Of a stretch of DNA of 64,000 nucleotides, positions 1 to 9,968 are shown one piece after another. The DNA comes from an uncultured Bacteroidales bacterium (GTDB lineage: Bacteria > Bacteroidota > Bacteroidia > Bacteroidales > TTA-H9): NCBI GenBank assembly GCA_964444785.1, contig CAYUII010000010.1, forward strand, positions 10,025 through 74,024. The letters run 5' to 3'. Under the pieces are notes generated by a model. It did no database searches, had not been told where the DNA came from, and saw only the letters and a program-made list of their open reading frames with translations. Numbering within the stretch: the stretch's first letter is position 1; every line of letters begins with the position of its first letter. Made by a program: the position numbers and the translations under genes.

Positions 1-156
1 ATTAACAGTCACCGGAGGCAGCCCTTTTGCACCCTCCGCAGCCACAACCATCTGTGCAAAGGGTAAATACCGGTTTATACGTGACTCGTATATCTTACAC
101 CCATTCTGAATATACTCCTCGGTTGTCTTACCGGTTAATATCAAACTAATCTTCAT
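1..156 (-). CDS. rlmH: 23S rRNA (pseudouridine1915-N3)-methyltransferase RlmH, N-terminal fragment; the gene runs off the window edge
   Basis: Hand translation of the minus strand from the ATG at 154-156 gives MKISLILTGKTTEEYIQNGCKIYESRINRYLPF... This matches the typical RlmH N-terminus pattern (MKI.L..vGK....y...g..eY.kRi). Not in the ORF track because it is truncated. Confidence 0.6.
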   Translation of the reverse strand, partial: MKISLILTGKTTEEYIQNGCKIYESRINRYLPFAQMVVAAEGAKGLPPVTVN

Positions 157-463
157 GTCTGTTTTTTACTTGTTCTTTTCTAATGAGATGTCCAACCCAT
201 AGCACAGATCACCGAAAACCAATGAATCATTGGTAAACCCTATTCTATGGTCTGCGTTTTGCAAAAATAGAGCATCTCTAAGGTTTTCCTTCCATCTGGC
301 GAGATCATTTCTTTCGACTATTTATAAAGGAAAGATAAATCATTTCTTATAGGGCACGTTTTTTGCGATTAAAAAGCACAGGTTAGAAACATCTTTTATA
401 GATTTGCCAAATAGTTTACATCTGGTCAGATGTGTTTCTAACCTGATAATTTTTTATACAGCG

Positions 464-892
464 ATGATGGAAATTTTACCCAGATATGGTTTTTATAGGT
501 TAAGTACCCTCTTTGTATTTCTTTTTGGAACCTTTTTTCTTCCAGAAAGCAGTATAGGACAGACAAAGGATATTTCATCTGCAGTTACAAAGGCAGTTGC
601 AGAGGGTAATGCCAGTGAGTTGGTAAAGTACTTTAATGAGAAGGTTAACATCTCTATTCCAGGTTCAGATGGACTTTTTAGTAAAGAGCAAGCAGAAGTT
701 ATACTTGAGAATTTCTTCACCAAAAATAAAGTTACCTCATTTAAGATTAACCATAAAGGGGGGTCAGGAGAGGGCTCACTCTATTATATTGGTGTTTTGA
801 ACACAAAAGAGCGCAAATACACCACATACTTTTTACTACGAGTAATTCAGGGCAGGCAAGTTATTCAACAGTTACAATTAGAAGCCGATTAA
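464..892 (+). CDS. DUF4783-like small secreted protein
   Basis: ORF 404..892. The first in-frame ATG is at 464 (MMEILPRYGFYRLSTLFVFLFGTFFLP...), giving a signal-peptide-like N-terminus. The body (LVKYFNEKVNISIPG...EGSLYYIGVL...YTTYFLL) resembles the Bacteroidota DUF4783 family. Confidence 0.55.
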   Translation: MMEILPRYGFYRLSTLFVFLFGTFFLPESSIGQTKDISSAVTKAVAEGNASELVKYFNEKVNISIPGSDGLFSKEQAEVILENFFTKNKVTSFKINHKGGSGEGSLYYIGVLNTKERKYTTYFLLRVIQGRQVIQQLQLEAD

Positions 893-3660
893 TCACCGAT
901 CTCATAGGCCTTCAAAGACTCTCCTTGACCCGTGATTAAAAGCGCCGGACGAGTGGAAGTTGGTTTAGTTACAACAAACGGGGTACTCCCTCGTAACACT
1001 GGCTGGTTCTCATTGCTTCCTTTTACTTGCAACAAGTAAATCTCAGACGACTTACGACTAAAAACACCTATTATCGTATTCTTGCCCTTAAGTTTAATGA
1101 GTTGAGGAGCATCTGTAATCTTGTAAGTAAAATGGTGTTGCATGATGATGTTTTTCATCCGGTCATAGATATATAGTTGCTTTCCATCTACATATAGAAA
1201 GTCTCTATCACCATTGCCATCGGTATCTTCATAAAGAAAGATATGATCATTAGAGAAGCTATTAAAGGCCGTTTTAGTGACAGAACCCGAACTCGGGATA
1301 TAGACGAGGTTACCATCCGAATCGGTGGTAATCATTGTTCCCTTATTATTGGTTTCATTGATATAAAAAGCAGACTTTGAAGCGTTAGTAAAAGATTTAG
1401 AGATATTCATTATGCGTTTCCCATTCTTATCCGTAATGAGAACATTTCCCTTTTCCAGAGGGAATATTAAATACTCTTTCCCTTTATTTTCCAATAGGAT
1501 TGGATCAGAATTCACCCGCTTCTCAAGTTCAGGTTGTGACCAACTTTTATCTGGTTTACCATCGCGTGTATATGCCACAACTCTCTGATTGATTAGAGGA
1601 ACAACAATTCTGTATTCCAGACCCTTTAGTTTCACAACTGATGCTCCTATAGAGGTCTTTGCTGAAAGCTTAATAGGGAAAGGCTTTACTTCCCTTCCTT
1701 TGGCATCAAGTAGATGAATAGACTGGTTAGTACTAACCAGGTATTGTATCTTTCCATTTTTGAGATAATCAACGGCGAAGATTTGCCCAACAATGGGTTC
1801 CTCCAATTGAATCTGCCAATGAATCTTTCCATAAAGATCAACGAAAGAGACTCTGTTATCGGCATCATGAACCAGGAGAACCATCTTATCGGGAAGAGCG
1901 TGAGCAGGTAGCAAATAAGGTTTTCCGGTAATAGTTGCACCTATTTTTGTATTCCAAGAAATAGGTGTTTCACTTTGCGTCAGATCCATAGTATCAGAAG
2001 CATTAAGGGTCGAGGCATTGACTGAGTCTTCATCAGCTTGAACAGATAATGAATTCTGGGTAGAATCAGGGCTCTGTTTACCCCTGATTAGAATAGAGGT
2101 GAAGAATAACTCTTGGTCGCTCGAGAACTGCAAACTAACTCCCTCGATCGACTGAAGTGTTGAAAGACTCTCATCAAAATCTTCGGCAATAGGGTTATCA
2201 AGGAAGAAGTGGTGAAACATCTTTGATCGCCAAGGATTATAATAGAGCGAGATTGAGGCAATCGTCTGAATATTGGTTGATATATCCTTATAATCGGGCG
2301 AGTTAAGAAGAGTTTCACCCTTTAGATAATCCATGATTGCATTTTGAAGTGTAAATGGCGATGGACTAAAAACGAAGACATCATCCAGTTGATAGTAATA
2401 AGCTTCGGTGATATCAGGAATCATGTTATACATGAAATTCCCAAAGAAACGATGAAAATCGATCTTTCTTAACTCATGGCCATTAATGTTAACGGTATTC
2501 ACTTGAAGAGCCGAAGGAATTGATTCGTCGAGCATGGCCTTAAGTTGAGATGGGTTTTTACTTGTGAGTAAAACCAGGCTATTTGCCGTAGCTTCTTGTT
2601 CATTTCCCGTGATCAAGGCCACAGTTAGTTCCGACAGGTCTGCATCTTTAAGGTTCTGAATAGTTGAGGCATCAAGAAGCGTTGACTCGGAAGATTTCTC
2701 AACCGCTGCCGACAAATAATTATTGTATTGATCAGCAAAGGGTGTAAAGTCGCTAAAACTAAATGAAGCATAGGAAGCTGTAGACGCAGGCAACATAGCA
2801 ATAGTATGAGATTCTCCGGCCTCCTGACTCTTGAAAAGGTTAAGAAAATCGGGATTCATGGGCATCGTGAAACCACTGAGCATCACCTCATCCTTCTTTA
2901 CTGAGATATCTAATCCTGCCCATCGGGCAAATCGCTTCAGCTTCACAAAGCCAGGGATAAAGTCACGTGCCGAAAAATGACTTAAGACCTGAGGTAAAGA
3001 AGAGAACTGAACATAAAGATGAGCATCCACATTACGTCCGGCAGTTTCATGAACTCTGGAAAAGATCGGGTCTTGCAGAAGTGAAGACCCTCTCTTCAAT
3101 TGTTCAGAGGCCTTATCAAGAAGTGTTACATCATAACTTCCAATAAACAAAGCATTCTGTATGGTATAAAAGAATGGCTCGTTAGCTCCTTTAAAGAGAA
3201 TGGCATGGAAACGGGTATCTCTAGCAGGGACAGCCATACTATGTTTACTTATAAAACGATCAACCGTCTTACTGGTAAGAGGTTGAGGAAGCTGCATAAC
3301 AAAAAGAAAATCAGCTGAAGTATCACTAGTGGGGTGCAAAGAAATGATCAATTGCTTCGTTTTAAATGCCTCGTTAAGACTCTCATCCGATTTAAGAGTA
3401 GTGTCTATAGCACCTATCAAGGTAGTCAAACGAGAAAAGATATCTGTGGTTCTTAAAGAAGACCAGACTTTGCTATCCGAATGAAGCTTTTCCCAAAGGT
3501 TAGCCGGACCATTCACTTCGAGTAATGCAGAGGCATCAACAGGTATGGCTTCGATTGGCTGGGATCTCTTTTGGGTTAACCAATCATACCCCAAATAAAT
3601 ACCGGCAATAGTTACCAATGAAACTAAAACTATGATGGTAATGATGATCTTTCTTTTCAT
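889..3660 (-). CDS. Large N-terminally membrane-anchored protein with a DUF3352-like N-region and a C-terminal beta-propeller / FG-GAP-like repeat region
   Basis: ORF 889..3696. The likely start is MKRKIIITIIVLVSLVTIAGIY (cat at 3658-3660), which gives a single TM helix. The C-terminal third has repeated beta-strand blocks and a Ca-binding FG-GAP-like motif (DTDGNGDRDFLYVDG). Confidence 0.55.
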   Translation of the reverse strand: MKRKIIITIIVLVSLVTIAGIYLGYDWLTQKRSQPIEAIPVDASALLEVNGPANLWEKLHSDSKVWSSLRTTDIFSRLTTLIGAIDTTLKSDESLNEAFKTKQLIISLHPTSDTSADFLFVMQLPQPLTSKTVDRFISKHSMAVPARDTRFHAILFKGANEPFFYTIQNALFIGSYDVTLLDKASEQLKRGSSLLQDPIFSRVHETAGRNVDAHLYVQFSSLPQVLSHFSARDFIPGFVKLKRFARWAGLDISVKKDEVMLSGFTMPMNPDFLNLFKSQEAGESHTIAMLPASTASYASFSFSDFTPFADQYNNYLSAAVEKSSESTLLDASTIQNLKDADLSELTVALITGNEQEATANSLVLLTSKNPSQLKAMLDESIPSALQVNTVNINGHELRKIDFHRFFGNFMYNMIPDITEAYYYQLDDVFVFSPSPFTLQNAIMDYLKGETLLNSPDYKDISTNIQTIASISLYYNPWRSKMFHHFFLDNPIAEDFDESLSTLQSIEGVSLQFSSDQELFFTSILIRGKQSPDSTQNSLSVQADEDSVNASTLNASDTMDLTQSETPISWNTKIGATITGKPYLLPAHALPDKMVLLVHDADNRVSFVDLYGKIHWQIQLEEPIVGQIFAVDYLKNGKIQYLVSTNQSIHLLDAKGREVKPFPIKLSAKTSIGASVVKLKGLEYRIVVPLINQRVVAYTRDGKPDKSWSQPELEKRVNSDPILLENKGKEYLIFPLEKGNVLITDKNGKRIMNISKSFTNASKSAFYINETNNKGTMITTDSDGNLVYIPSSGSVTKTAFNSFSNDHIFLYEDTDGNGDRDFLYVDGKQLYIYDRMKNIIMQHHFTYKITDAPQLIKLKGKNTIIGVFSRKSSEIYLLQVKGSNENQPVLRGSTPFVVTKPTSTRPALLITGQGESLKAYEIGD

Positions 3661-3817
3661 TCCTGTCTCCTTATTTCTATCAGTGACCCAATCCATTACA
3701 GATATAGCAACGCTATATTTGTCAAGTCATTATACTCAGTCAACGTTGAATTATTGCTGTAAAAAGCAAAATTAGTGTAAAGGTATACACATTCATCCGT
3801 GCAGGAACATAGAATGG

Positions 3818-4426
3818 TTAAAAATCAAGGCTAAGCTGTTTCTTTACTACAAATGTCTTTCTATGCCATTCTGTTTGTCCGTATTTATCAATAGCTCTAA
3901 TATGTTCTTGAGTAGGATACCCTTTATTTTTATTCCAGGCATAATCAGGAAACTCAGCAGAGAGCCTAAGCATAAAATCATCTCGATGGGTTTTAGCTAA
4001 AATGCTGGCTGCCGCTATGGAAGCAAACCGGCCATCCCCCTTGATCATGCAGAGATGAGGAATATCATGATAGATCTTAAAGCGATTACCATCAACCAAT
4101 ATAAAATCGGGTCTTATTGCCAACCCAGTCAATGCTTTGTGCATGGCGAGTATGGAAGCATTCAGAATATTGATCTCATCGATTTCGTCCGCCTCGACCT
4201 GTTCAACACACCATGCTATTGCCTTAGACTCTATCTCCTTTCGAGCCACCTCTCTTTGTTTGCGACTAAGCTTCTTCGAATCATCCAGAAACTCAAAAGG
4301 AAAATCTTTTGGCAATATCACTGCAGCAGCAAAGACTGGTCCCGCCAAACAGCCTCGTCCCGCTTCATCACATCCTGCTTCAACCTGATTTTCAATGTAC
4401 CATTTTGCGAGTTGATGAGAGATCAT
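3818..4426 (-). CDS. rnhB: Ribonuclease HII
   Basis: GCDEAGRGCLAGPV active-site motif, ~200 aa, with ...DSKKLS...R and ...LVDG... motifs typical of RNase HII. Confidence 0.95.
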   Translation of the reverse strand: MISHQLAKWYIENQVEAGCDEAGRGCLAGPVFAAAVILPKDFPFEFLDDSKKLSRKQREVARKEIESKAIAWCVEQVEADEIDEINILNASILAMHKALTGLAIRPDFILVDGNRFKIYHDIPHLCMIKGDGRFASIAAASILAKTHRDDFMLRLSAEFPDYAWNKNKGYPTQEHIRAIDKYGQTEWHRKTFVVKKQLSLDF

Positions 4427-5406
4427 AAAACAGATGTGTTTTGCAGAATCGCCATTACCAAGATCAGTGTTAATAGTAACTCATAGGTCAGTCGATATTT
4501 CATACTTAACAGGTATGAGGAAGAAAGAGCCACCACAGGAAGGGTCACCAATGCCAGATGCTCTCTTACTAACCCTGCTGCAAAAGGAGTACCGGCCAAA
4601 GCAATCAAGGTAAACCAAACAAACGTCCATACATTTTTCCGGTAACTAAGCACTCTCTCCATTCGATTAGCTAACCCCGAACGAAGTGATTGTATCGCAA
4701 TAAAAAGTGCAACAATAATAATCACAATCTCAGGTATTGTAGGAATAAGATCGGTAGTAAGGGGTGCTTCATAGACCAACTTAAACCCACTTACCAGACC
4801 CAAAAGGGTTCCCTTCCAAAGACTATAAGTCAGAATATATAGACTAATAACAAAGGGGCCAAGGATTGATAATAGCCACTCCCGCCATGTCCAAATGCCA
4901 TTAACGGCAAAAGAAAACCAAATAAAAACAATGAAAAAGATAGCCACCGGATAAATCAAGGCAGTCAAGACCACAAGAATAGAACTAAAAAAGACAATCG
5001 GATAGCCTCCCTCTTTCTTACTTAATCGTATCATCTGAGTCAAAACGATCAACATGACAGGGGTAATAAAAGTCATCGCAGATACTTGTAGTAAGCCGGG
5101 AGCATGTGAAAAGAAAAGGATATACAGAAATGCAGGGAATAGGGTATTACGTTGAATAAAATCAGTACTTATAAGAAACTGATTGAATATAAGAGCTTGT
5201 GAAACGATCAACACAAATGAAAGGAGAACCCCGACGAATGGATAGGCGACAAAAGGTTCGAGCAGAAACTGCTGACTACTACTGGCAGTTTGAAGGTTTA
5301 CCGGCGGCGGACTGATAAAAGCGTGGCCCCATAACAGTGCAGCAATTAATGAGAGTAAGGCAACTTGAGCCGGAAACTCTGAACGAAAGGTTCGAATAAA
5401 TATCAT
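4423..5406 (-). CDS. Polytopic inner-membrane protein of unknown function (possibly DUF6427-like)
   Basis: 327 aa, about 8-9 hydrophobic segments. Its stop overlaps the rnhB start by 4 nt, which suggests translational coupling. Confidence 0.6.
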   Translation of the reverse strand: MIFIRTFRSEFPAQVALLSLIAALLWGHAFISPPPVNLQTASSSQQFLLEPFVAYPFVGVLLSFVLIVSQALIFNQFLISTDFIQRNTLFPAFLYILFFSHAPGLLQVSAMTFITPVMLIVLTQMIRLSKKEGGYPIVFFSSILVVLTALIYPVAIFFIVFIWFSFAVNGIWTWREWLLSILGPFVISLYILTYSLWKGTLLGLVSGFKLVYEAPLTTDLIPTIPEIVIIIVALFIAIQSLRSGLANRMERVLSYRKNVWTFVWFTLIALAGTPFAAGLVREHLALVTLPVVALSSSYLLSMKYRLTYELLLTLILVMAILQNTSVL

Positions 5407-5601
5407 CAGATGATCTGTATCGGATACATTACAAAGGTCGTGAAATTTGCGTGATAATCACAATGCTCTATCTGTTAGGGGTCAACTCTGTATACAAAAT
5501 GGAGGCCTCCTCAATAGTTATAAGGAAGCCTCCATTTAGCACATCTCGAGTAATCCTAAATAGTATAGAGACTAATTAGGATCCTCATCTAAGACTACAA
5601 T

Positions 5602-7686
5602 TTATTTGATGCCAGCAAGATTCATCATAAATCTCCATTGAAACTCTTGGTCATCAATAAGTTGTTGTGTTGACTTACCAGAACCATGTCCGCTTTCAAA
5701 GTCAATATAAAGCATAACCGGGGAGATCTGGCCTGGATTATTTTGGAGAGCGGCGACAAATTTCTTGGCATGAACTGGGTCAACTCTCACATCATTGGCT
5801 CCAGCTGTAACCAGAAGGGTTGGATGGTTTAACCCTTGACGAATGTTATGATAAGGGCTATAGGTAAGCAGGTAACGGAAATCGGGGTCTTTGTCAGGAT
5901 CGCCATATTCAGGGATCCAATAACGGGCAATCAAGAATTTATGATATCTAATCATATCTAGCAGAGGAACGGCACAGATACCCCCTTTAAAGAGATCAGG
6001 ACGTTGGGTTACAACAGCACCGATAAGTAAGCCCCCATTTGAACCTCCACGAACAATCAAATGATCAGGATTAGTATACTTTTGGTCGATGAGATATTCT
6101 CCGGCAGAGATAAAATCATCGAAGGTATTTTGTTTATTAAAGAGCATGCCATCGCGATGCCAGTTTTCTCCATATTCATTACCTCCTCTAAGGCAAGCAA
6201 TCGCATAAACACCTCCACGATTAACAAAAGAGGCAGCTAAGCTGATAAAAGAGGGAGTCTGTCCTACATTAAAACCACCGTAGCCATAGAGAAGAGTAGG
6301 ATTATTTCCATCCAGTTTCACATCTTTGCGATGCATAAGGAACAGAGGAATCTTTGTACCATCTTTAGAAGGATAGAAAACAATAGAGGCAGTGATATTT
6401 TTTGTATTTACAGGTGATTCCATTCTATAGAACAGTTCCCATTTAAAAGTTTTAGGATCTGCTTTATAGATGCTATAAGGCTCTGTGAATGATTCGATAC
6501 CCATATACAGAGTATTACTTTCACGATGATAGGAGATGTAGCTTACACTTCCAATAGCAGGAAGCTCAAGTTGCTTAATAAATTTCCCATTTAGATCATA
6601 AAGCATGAGTCTGCTTAATACATCCTTTTTATCTCTAACGATGATATTCTCAGGGGTAACGGCAAACTCATCAATAACGGTCTCCTGTTCAGGAATCAAA
6701 GTAGTCCAGTTCTCAAAGTCAGGTTTAGTGACATCGCAAGCCATGATTTTAAAGTTGGGAGCATGGTCATTGGTCAAAAAATAGATTTTGTTTCCGATAG
6801 CATCAGGGTTAGCTTGGAATTCGGTTGAACTATAGATCTTATGGAATTGATCTCTGGTACCAACCTTTCTCATACTAAGAGTATTTGAGTAGAAGTCCCC
6901 TTCACTTAAGAAGGTTAAGTCAGCGTAACGAGCATCCCAGATACCGGCTACATCCTTTGAATCTTTAGGGGCAAGAAGGAATTCAGCTTTCTCAAGATCC
7001 GTTCCCAGTTTATACCAATAGGTTTTAGGGGGCTCCTGTTTATCGACCATCTCTTTGGTTCTGATGGTAACATAGGCATGCTTTCCATCTTTAGCGAAGT
7101 TAAATCCATAAACACCGGAAATAGGTTTATAAACCTCTTTACCGGTTTTAGTATCGATCAAATAATAGGTTAATATTTCAGCACCTGCTTGCTGTACACC
7201 AACGGCAACCATAGAGGCATCTTCGGTGAAGTCATTGCCTGACATAGCTGATTTTCCGGAAGGATCTTTAGTAGTTGGATCAAAGAGGAGTTTCTCTTTT
7301 CCATTCAGACGAGTATAAAGTTTGCTTTGAGCTTCCCCTTTCTTCTTTCTATTAAAGAAAAGTCGGGTACCTTGCATAAAGTCAGGGCCTGTGTAATCGC
7401 GATCGATTAAGGCGGTGATCTCCTGTTTTAAGCCCGGGATTTCAGGATAGTTTTCATTGATATATTTTACAGTAGCTTGATGTTGAGCTAGAGTCCAATC
7501 AATGACTTCTTGATTTTTACCATCCTCAAGCCAACGATAGTTATCCGTAAGTAATACCCCATGAAGGGTATCGGTTACAGGGCGGATAGGGGTTGTGGGA
7601 TGTTGAAATTTCTGTTGTGCTGACATATTAAATGGGATTGCCAAGGTAACGCACAAGGCAAAGAGCGATAAATTATATTTTTTCAT
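5602..7686 (-). CDS. Prolyl oligopeptidase family serine peptidase (S9A), secreted
   Basis: Signal peptide MKKYNLSLFALCVTLAIPFNMSAQQ, an N-terminal propeller region, and a catalytic GGSNGGLL serine motif with a C-terminal Asp/His region (..AGANDVRV.. ..GHG..). Confidence 0.9.
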   Translation of the reverse strand: MKKYNLSLFALCVTLAIPFNMSAQQKFQHPTTPIRPVTDTLHGVLLTDNYRWLEDGKNQEVIDWTLAQHQATVKYINENYPEIPGLKQEITALIDRDYTGPDFMQGTRLFFNRKKKGEAQSKLYTRLNGKEKLLFDPTTKDPSGKSAMSGNDFTEDASMVAVGVQQAGAEILTYYLIDTKTGKEVYKPISGVYGFNFAKDGKHAYVTIRTKEMVDKQEPPKTYWYKLGTDLEKAEFLLAPKDSKDVAGIWDARYADLTFLSEGDFYSNTLSMRKVGTRDQFHKIYSSTEFQANPDAIGNKIYFLTNDHAPNFKIMACDVTKPDFENWTTLIPEQETVIDEFAVTPENIIVRDKKDVLSRLMLYDLNGKFIKQLELPAIGSVSYISYHRESNTLYMGIESFTEPYSIYKADPKTFKWELFYRMESPVNTKNITASIVFYPSKDGTKIPLFLMHRKDVKLDGNNPTLLYGYGGFNVGQTPSFISLAASFVNRGGVYAIACLRGGNEYGENWHRDGMLFNKQNTFDDFISAGEYLIDQKYTNPDHLIVRGGSNGGLLIGAVVTQRPDLFKGGICAVPLLDMIRYHKFLIARYWIPEYGDPDKDPDFRYLLTYSPYHNIRQGLNHPTLLVTAGANDVRVDPVHAKKFVAALQNNPGQISPVMLYIDFESGHGSGKSTQQLIDDQEFQWRFMMNLAGIK

Positions 7687-7704
7687 TGAAAAGAATATTG
7701 GTTA

Positions 7705-7746
7705 TAATAAAGGGTATCCGATATTTAAGAATTTGATCAGATACCC
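7705..7746 (-). terminator. Rho-independent terminator downstream of the M13 peptidase gene
   Basis: gggtatccgat (7712-7722) pairs with atcagataccc (7736-7746) with one mismatch. On the minus strand a T-rich run (tttatt) follows. It lies 25 nt past the stop at 7772. Confidence 0.55.
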
Positions 7747-7771
7747 TAAAGTTAGTCAAATTATCATCTAA

Positions 7772-9811
7772 TTACCAGATGGTTGCTCTTTTCTCAGGCT
7801 GGATAAAGAGTTTAGCATCGCTTTTTATATCGAATGCTTCATAGAATTCATTAATATTAAAGAGAGCCTTATTTACTCGAGCCTCTGCTGGAGAATGTTC
7901 ATCTTCTTTAATATCTCTCATAAGCTTTTTATCACGAATAGACTCCCTCCAAACTTGGGCATAAGAGAGGAAGAATCGCTGCATAGGAGTAAAGCCATCA
8001 ATCTCTTTTTCATCGCCTTTTAAGACGGTTTTAAAGGCGCGTAGGCTAAGATTAAGGCCTCCATTATCGGCAATATTTTCACCTAGGGTAAGCTTACCAT
8101 TAACTCTTAAGCTATCGAGAATAGGATATTCATTAAACTGATCAACAAGGATCTGAGTTTTAGCAACGAATTTTTCAGCATCGGCGGGTGTCCACCAATC
8201 AACCAGATTTCCTTTTGCATCATATTTTCTACCTTGGTCATCAAAACCATGAGTCATTTCATGACCAATTACAACACCAATTGCTCCATAGTTAACGGCA
8301 TCATCAGCATCTTTGTAGAAGAAAGGAGGCTGAAGGATGGCAGCTGGGAAAATGATCTCATTCATAGATGGGACATAACCGGCATTCACTGTTTGTGGGG
8401 TCATAACCCATTCTTCCTTATCCACTGGCTTACCAACCTTACTCATCTCTAACTGAGTCGAGAAACGACTAGCATTCCAGGCATTTACGATGTAACTATT
8501 AGCCTCAATATCAAGTTTGGAATAATCAATCCACTTGTCTGGATAACCAACCTTAACCCTCATTGCCTCTAACTTTGTAAGAGCAGCCTTTTTAGTCTCG
8601 TCACTCATCCAAGATAGATTCTGCAGTGAAGAAGCCAAGCTCTTTTTAAGATTATTAGTTAACTCAACCATACGAGCTTTAGCTTCAGCTGGGAAATGTT
8701 TTTCCACGTACAGCTTGCCAATAGCTTCACCTAAACCACCGCTAACTGTTGAGAGAACACGTTTCCAGCGTGGTTTCATCTCCTTTTGACCAGATAGATA
8801 GCTATTATAGAAATCGAAATCTGCTTTTTGAATAGCATCGGTTAGATAAGAAGAGTTATGAATCATCAGGGTGAATCTGAAGTAGTTTTGCCAGGTTGCA
8901 GCAGGAACCTCCGTCAACAACTTACTAAAACCGGCAAAGAAATTCGGCATCATAACATTGACCTTATCTAGATTTGGAAGACCCAGACCTGTAAAGTAAG
9001 CCATCCAATCAAAATTCGGAGCCAATTTCTTTAACTCGTCAATGGTCTTCATGTTATAGGTAGCAATAGGATCTCTTCTCTCTTCAATCCCCATCGAGAC
9101 TTTTGCCAAACTCGTTTCTAAAGCCATGACTTCAGAAGCAGCTTTTTCTGCAGCAGCTTGATCCATACCACTTAGCGTAAGCATAGTACGAATAAACTTC
9201 TGATATTCACTTCTTATCTCAGCCATCTGAACCGAAGGATCTAAGTAATACTCTACCTCGGGTAAACCCAAACCACCCTGATAGAGATTGAGAACCACCA
9301 TCTCGCTTTGACGAGCATCTGGCATTTGGAAAGCAGCAAAAACAGGATAAGTTCCACGCATGTGAAGATCTGCATAATACGCAGCCAGCTCCGCTCCTGT
9401 ACCTAATTTGGCAATTTTGTCAAAATCTGCTTTAAGTGGCTCTATTCCTGCCTTCTCTATGGCAATACTATCCATACCCGACTTATAAAAATCACCAATT
9501 TGCTGGGTTACTGACCCCTTAGTCCCATTAGCTCCGGCAGCCTCCTGAACCAACGATTTCAATTGCTCTCGGTTCTCTTCAGCCAACTGAACAAAAGCAC
9601 CATAATCAGCATACTGATCAGGCACCGGATGGCTCTTAATCCAGTTACCATTAGCATAACGAAAAAAATCGTCCCCAGGCTTAATGGTTTGATCCATATT
9701 GATGGTATCAATCGCTTTTACAGCAACAGCCTCCTGTTTGCCCGATTGACACCCGGTAATTAATGCTCCAGCACAAATTACGGCCAGAAGTGTAGTTTTG
9801 TTTAGATTCAT
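7772..9811 (-). CDS. M13 family metallopeptidase (PepO / endothelin-converting-enzyme-like), lipoprotein
   Basis: HEMTHGFD zinc motif, ENIADNGG motif, and a lipoprotein-type N-terminus (..ALITGC). Confidence 0.9.
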   Translation of the reverse strand: MNLNKTTLLAVICAGALITGCQSGKQEAVAVKAIDTINMDQTIKPGDDFFRYANGNWIKSHPVPDQYADYGAFVQLAEENREQLKSLVQEAAGANGTKGSVTQQIGDFYKSGMDSIAIEKAGIEPLKADFDKIAKLGTGAELAAYYADLHMRGTYPVFAAFQMPDARQSEMVVLNLYQGGLGLPEVEYYLDPSVQMAEIRSEYQKFIRTMLTLSGMDQAAAEKAASEVMALETSLAKVSMGIEERRDPIATYNMKTIDELKKLAPNFDWMAYFTGLGLPNLDKVNVMMPNFFAGFSKLLTEVPAATWQNYFRFTLMIHNSSYLTDAIQKADFDFYNSYLSGQKEMKPRWKRVLSTVSGGLGEAIGKLYVEKHFPAEAKARMVELTNNLKKSLASSLQNLSWMSDETKKAALTKLEAMRVKVGYPDKWIDYSKLDIEANSYIVNAWNASRFSTQLEMSKVGKPVDKEEWVMTPQTVNAGYVPSMNEIIFPAAILQPPFFYKDADDAVNYGAIGVVIGHEMTHGFDDQGRKYDAKGNLVDWWTPADAEKFVAKTQILVDQFNEYPILDSLRVNGKLTLGENIADNGGLNLSLRAFKTVLKGDEKEIDGFTPMQRFFLSYAQVWRESIRDKKLMRDIKEDEHSPAEARVNKALFNINEFYEAFDIKSDAKLFIQPEKRATIW

Positions 9812-9841
9812 TGTGGTAAGTCGTCAAAATTTATTAGTGTC

Positions 9842-9877
9842 TATTAAAAAATTAAGCCAAAAATGCATTTGGCTTAA
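9842..9877 (-). terminator. Rho-independent terminator downstream of dnaX
   Basis: ttaagccaaa (9852-9861) pairs with tttggcttaa (9868-9877), a 10-bp stem. On the minus strand ttttttaat follows. Confidence 0.6.
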
Positions 9878-9968
9878 ATATCAGAAACATAAGAAAATTA
9901 TTATTATCAAATAGTCAAACAATGTGTAAAAGATTCGGTCATAGCTTGTGCGTAAACGAACAGTGAAA

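Noticed and set aside
218-234. Short perfect palindromes: accaatga-a-tcattggt (218-234) and tgattaattaatca (41703-41716), considered as operator sites
   Set aside because: Palindromes with 7-8-bp arms are expected about once or a few times by chance in 64 kb of AT-rich DNA. There is no supporting context.
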